Assembly: GCA_040220235.1 (NCBI GenBank)
Contig: JAVJTO010000047.1
Strand: one strand, 5' to 3'
Source of the DNA: Coleofasciculus sp. B1-GNL1-01
GTDB lineage: Bacteria > Cyanobacteriota > Cyanobacteriia > Cyanobacteriales > Coleofasciculaceae
Length of the DNA stretch: 64,000 nucleotides
Shown here: one piece after another, positions 61,300 through 64,000 of the stretch
Layout of the letters: every line of letters begins with the position of its first letter
Position numbering within the stretch: position 1 is the stretch's first letter
Program-made: the position numbers and the translations under genes
Notes under the pieces: model-generated
Seen by the model: only the letters and a program-made list of their open reading frames with translations
The model's database searches: none
What the model was told of the DNA's origin: nothing

Positions 61300-63798
61300 T
61301 TATTCAGCAGCCCCTAATTCCTGAGTACAGAATGTAGAATCCAGATAGGGTCGCAGTGGGACTAATCCGGTTTTAGACAATAAACATTGCGCCTGTTCAG
61401 TTCTGAGAATTTCAGCAAACTTTGTGCCAATGGGGGGACGGCTATTATCTCTTGGATAAATAACAGCTAAGGGATAAGCTAAGGGATAGGTTTGGCTAAT
61501 AAATGCCTCCACATTAGCACCATAACTCCCTTTAGCATTACATAAATCTGTGTTCGGAGTAATTGGTTGTCGGTTATCTTGTACTAAGGGTGAAACCGGA
61601 TCATTTTCTCCGTCCACGATGGCTAGGGGATAGACTGAACATTGTCCTAACACTTTACTCAAAGAATCAAATCCGATCGCGCCAATGTCTCGCCCCTCAA
61701 AATCCCGAATGACTTGTCGCAGTGTCTCAAAGGTTTGGGTGCGGATAATTGGCGGACGACCTAAGTTGGCAAATGATCGACTCGGTTGGTTACTTTGTTG
61801 CAGAAGTGCTTCAAATTCGGCAATATTACTTGTATTCGTATCCTCTCGCAGAACCCGCTGCTTAAACAGTTCAATGGCTTGATCACTGGGGGGAACATAG
61901 AGTTGAACGGGGAGATTAGGTCCTCCTAATTCTTGCCAATTGGTAATTTCTCCGGTGTAGAGTAAGCGTAATTGCTCAAAGCTAATTTGCCCCTTTAAGG
62001 CGGCGGGTAAGCTGTTTTCCCGTTGTGCATAACTGAAAGCGACAAAGACAACTAAGCCATCATGCGCCACTTCTTCTGTGTCTAAGGTAAATCCTAGGGG
62101 ATTCAGGGGAGTCGCGATCGCAAACTCCGCCTCCTCCTCCCGAACCTGGGCGATCGCGTCTGTCCAAGAGGGTACAGGTTGATAGTTTAACTCTAATTTC
62201 GGTTGACGCTGGTATAATTCACCTGCCAAGGTGGTATCCTTAGCAATTAAATTGGGTTGCTCTAGGATATAATCCCACGCTCCGTATTCTTCTGCTGTAT
62301 AAGTAAATGTTCCTGTGGGAATCCCGGATACCTGTTCAATACAGCAGGGAAATGGGTCGGTGTCCATCGCGGTTTGGGGTTGATTTCTGCCGAATAGCCA
62401 CCAGATTAATAGTCCCAATAACAGGAGTAGCCAAAGTAGCAAAAATAACCGAGGACGCCACCATCGCCGTTTCTTTTTCTTCGCCTCGGCTTCGGCTTCC
62501 GGTTGGGAGAATGGTGGGATAATTTGCGGTTCAGGGGGCAATTGTAATAAAGCGCGGCGGGCAATTTCTGCGGTTTCAAAGGATGATGTACCAATACCAA
62601 TCAGGGATAAAATATAGTCCTTAAACACGGGTTTAATGAGGGGCCAATGCTTGGTAATCCGGGGATTAAAGGGTTGAAGAGTAACCGGATCATGAGTACC
62701 GCCGTTTAAGAGATAAAATGCCACATACCCCAAGTCTTGTAAATCCTTTTTGGCAGAGATTAAAGGACGTTCGAGTAAGGGCGGATCAAATCGTCCTTCC
62801 CACAAGAGGAGGTCACACAAATAGATAAAAAAGCCTTGGAAACTGGGAACAATCAGTAAACTATCTAAACTGATATTGCCATCGGTGAGTCCCTCTTGGA
62901 CTAAACCCGAAGGGAGACGAAATTTTTGTCCATGGAGAAATTCTAAACTTTGCAACACTTGTTCCAGGATTTGTCGCACCTGATAACTGGTCATCGCCCC
63001 AGTTTCTGCCACGTAACTGGCTAGACTAGGATAGGTATCTAAGATCCCCTGGCTAACTAAATAGCAGCGTTCAAAACGGGGATCTGCGATCGCGTCCCAG
63101 GGAGAGACAAGCCGAAAGTCTTGCATTCGCCCATCAGCTAAGGTGACACCAGCGAGATTGACAAAGGCTTCTTTGCGTAACTGAGTTTCTTGGAAATTAA
63201 AATAGCGATCGGGCAGGAGGTATTCTCGAATCACCACAGGTTGACGAGTCGGGAGTTGCAGGGCTTGATAAAGCCGACCTCGACCCCGATTTTTCAGGAA
63301 GCCTTCAATTTGATAGGTTCCCCGACGTCCGCGAATTTTTGTTTCTGGCGGTAACAGTGTCGGAAACCCACATTGAGTACAATAGTTGGCACCGGGTTGT
63401 TCAAGCAGGGTTTGTTGCACCCATTCACAGTACAAAGGATTTCCCCGAACACAGCGATACTCTGGATAGAGGGACTTTACCCCGGGCGGAACGACGACTT
63501 CTGTCACCACGCCACCTTCGGCTTCGGCTTCTAATCCTTCACCGGGTTTCGTTTTACCCGCCATGCGATCTTTGAGTTCATCCAAACTTGGCGCACGCTG
63601 TTTCAGTTCATCTTGCAGAAAGGGAACTAACCAAAGGAAACGCGCCGGGACAAACCGCAGCAGGATTGCCCGCAAGCGACCTGGGATCGTCTTGAAGCGA
63701 TGGAAAACCCGACTCCCTTCAACGCTGCGAAATTGTTGGAATAAACGTCCCAGAAATCCTTTTGGGTTCCCCTTAACCATAATGGCTACTCCTGCCAA
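61300..63798 (-). CDS. Cys4 motif - pseudokinase - TM - PstS-like substrate-binding domain protein
   Basis: C-x7-C...CTQCG; kinase-like fold lacking catalytic motifs; KKKKRR + Leu-rich TM; VAHDGLVVFV, LYTGEITNWQELGGP, YPLAYPL. Confidence 0.8.
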   Translation of the reverse strand: MAGVAIMVKGNPKGFLGRLFQQFRSVEGSRVFHRFKTIPGRLRAILLRFVPARFLWLVPFLQDELKQRAPSLDELKDRMAGKTKPGEGLEAEAEGGVVTEVVVPPGVKSLYPEYRCVRGNPLYCEWVQQTLLEQPGANYCTQCGFPTLLPPETKIRGRRGTYQIEGFLKNRGRGRLYQALQLPTRQPVVIREYLLPDRYFNFQETQLRKEAFVNLAGVTLADGRMQDFRLVSPWDAIADPRFERCYLVSQGILDTYPSLASYVAETGAMTSYQVRQILEQVLQSLEFLHGQKFRLPSGLVQEGLTDGNISLDSLLIVPSFQGFFIYLCDLLLWEGRFDPPLLERPLISAKKDLQDLGYVAFYLLNGGTHDPVTLQPFNPRITKHWPLIKPVFKDYILSLIGIGTSSFETAEIARRALLQLPPEPQIIPPFSQPEAEAEAKKKKRRWWRPRLFLLLWLLLLLGLLIWWLFGRNQPQTAMDTDPFPCCIEQVSGIPTGTFTYTAEEYGAWDYILEQPNLIAKDTTLAGELYQRQPKLELNYQPVPSWTDAIAQVREEEAEFAIATPLNPLGFTLDTEEVAHDGLVVFVAFSYAQRENSLPAALKGQISFEQLRLLYTGEITNWQELGGPNLPVQLYVPPSDQAIELFKQRVLREDTNTSNIAEFEALLQQSNQPSRSFANLGRPPIIRTQTFETLRQVIRDFEGRDIGAIGFDSLSKVLGQCSVYPLAIVDGENDPVSPLVQDNRQPITPNTDLCNAKGSYGANVEAFISQTYPLAYPLAVIYPRDNSRPPIGTKFAEILRTEQAQCLLSKTGLVPLRPYLDSTFCTQELGAAE

Positions 63799-64000
63799 GC
63801 TGTGTTTCGCGGTGTACTGCTATCCTGCCATAGCTACGGTGTTACTATAATCAATTGTTTCCCAAAGTGTTGAGAAATTTAACACAAATGGCTTTGACTA
63901 GAGTCGGAAGTCTGCTAGTGTAGCATTATTTGGTCAAGTTAGGAGTTACCGGGAATGGCAAAGGAGCAAGTAGCGAAGCTGTTTCGAGATGCTAAGGCGA

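Overview
64 kb of chromosome from a filamentous cyanobacterium. HIP1 (GCGATCGC) is frequent, heptamer STRRs and GTAG-type palindromic repeats are dense, and hpt, plmA, the panC-cmk fusion and a cyanobacteriochrome are present. An Oscillatoriales/Coleofasciculus-like source is my inference, not verified. The left 25 kb holds two paralogous cassettes of TpsA/haemagglutinin-like protein(s) + exported TPR-CHAT (caspase-fold) protease + DUF928, separated by a pabB/trpE-like gene, a Na+/H+ antiporter, a broken DUF433/DUF5615 pair and a peroxiredoxin-like gene. The middle has a 4-GAF cyanobacteriochrome hybrid kinase operon, hpt, an LRAT-PspA/Vipp1 fusion, a PIN toxin pair, RNase H-like, ppgK, rps1b, plmA and an ethylene-receptor-like kinase. 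The right has prfC, a small GmrSD/TA-remnant island, purM, rlpA, panC-cmk, a deacetylase, a deleted Vipp1-like ORF and a pseudokinase-TM-PBP protein. No rRNA, tRNA, CRISPR array or intact transposase was recognised. Best leads: (1) the duplicated TpsA-CHAT-DUF928 module, (2) composite REP/STRR elements accreted in-frame in loops of four proteins, (3) a PLAAT/LRAT enzyme fused to an ESCRT-III-like Vipp1 hairpin, plus a mini-Vipp1 lacking largely that segment. All family calls are by motif recognition; no database searches were run.
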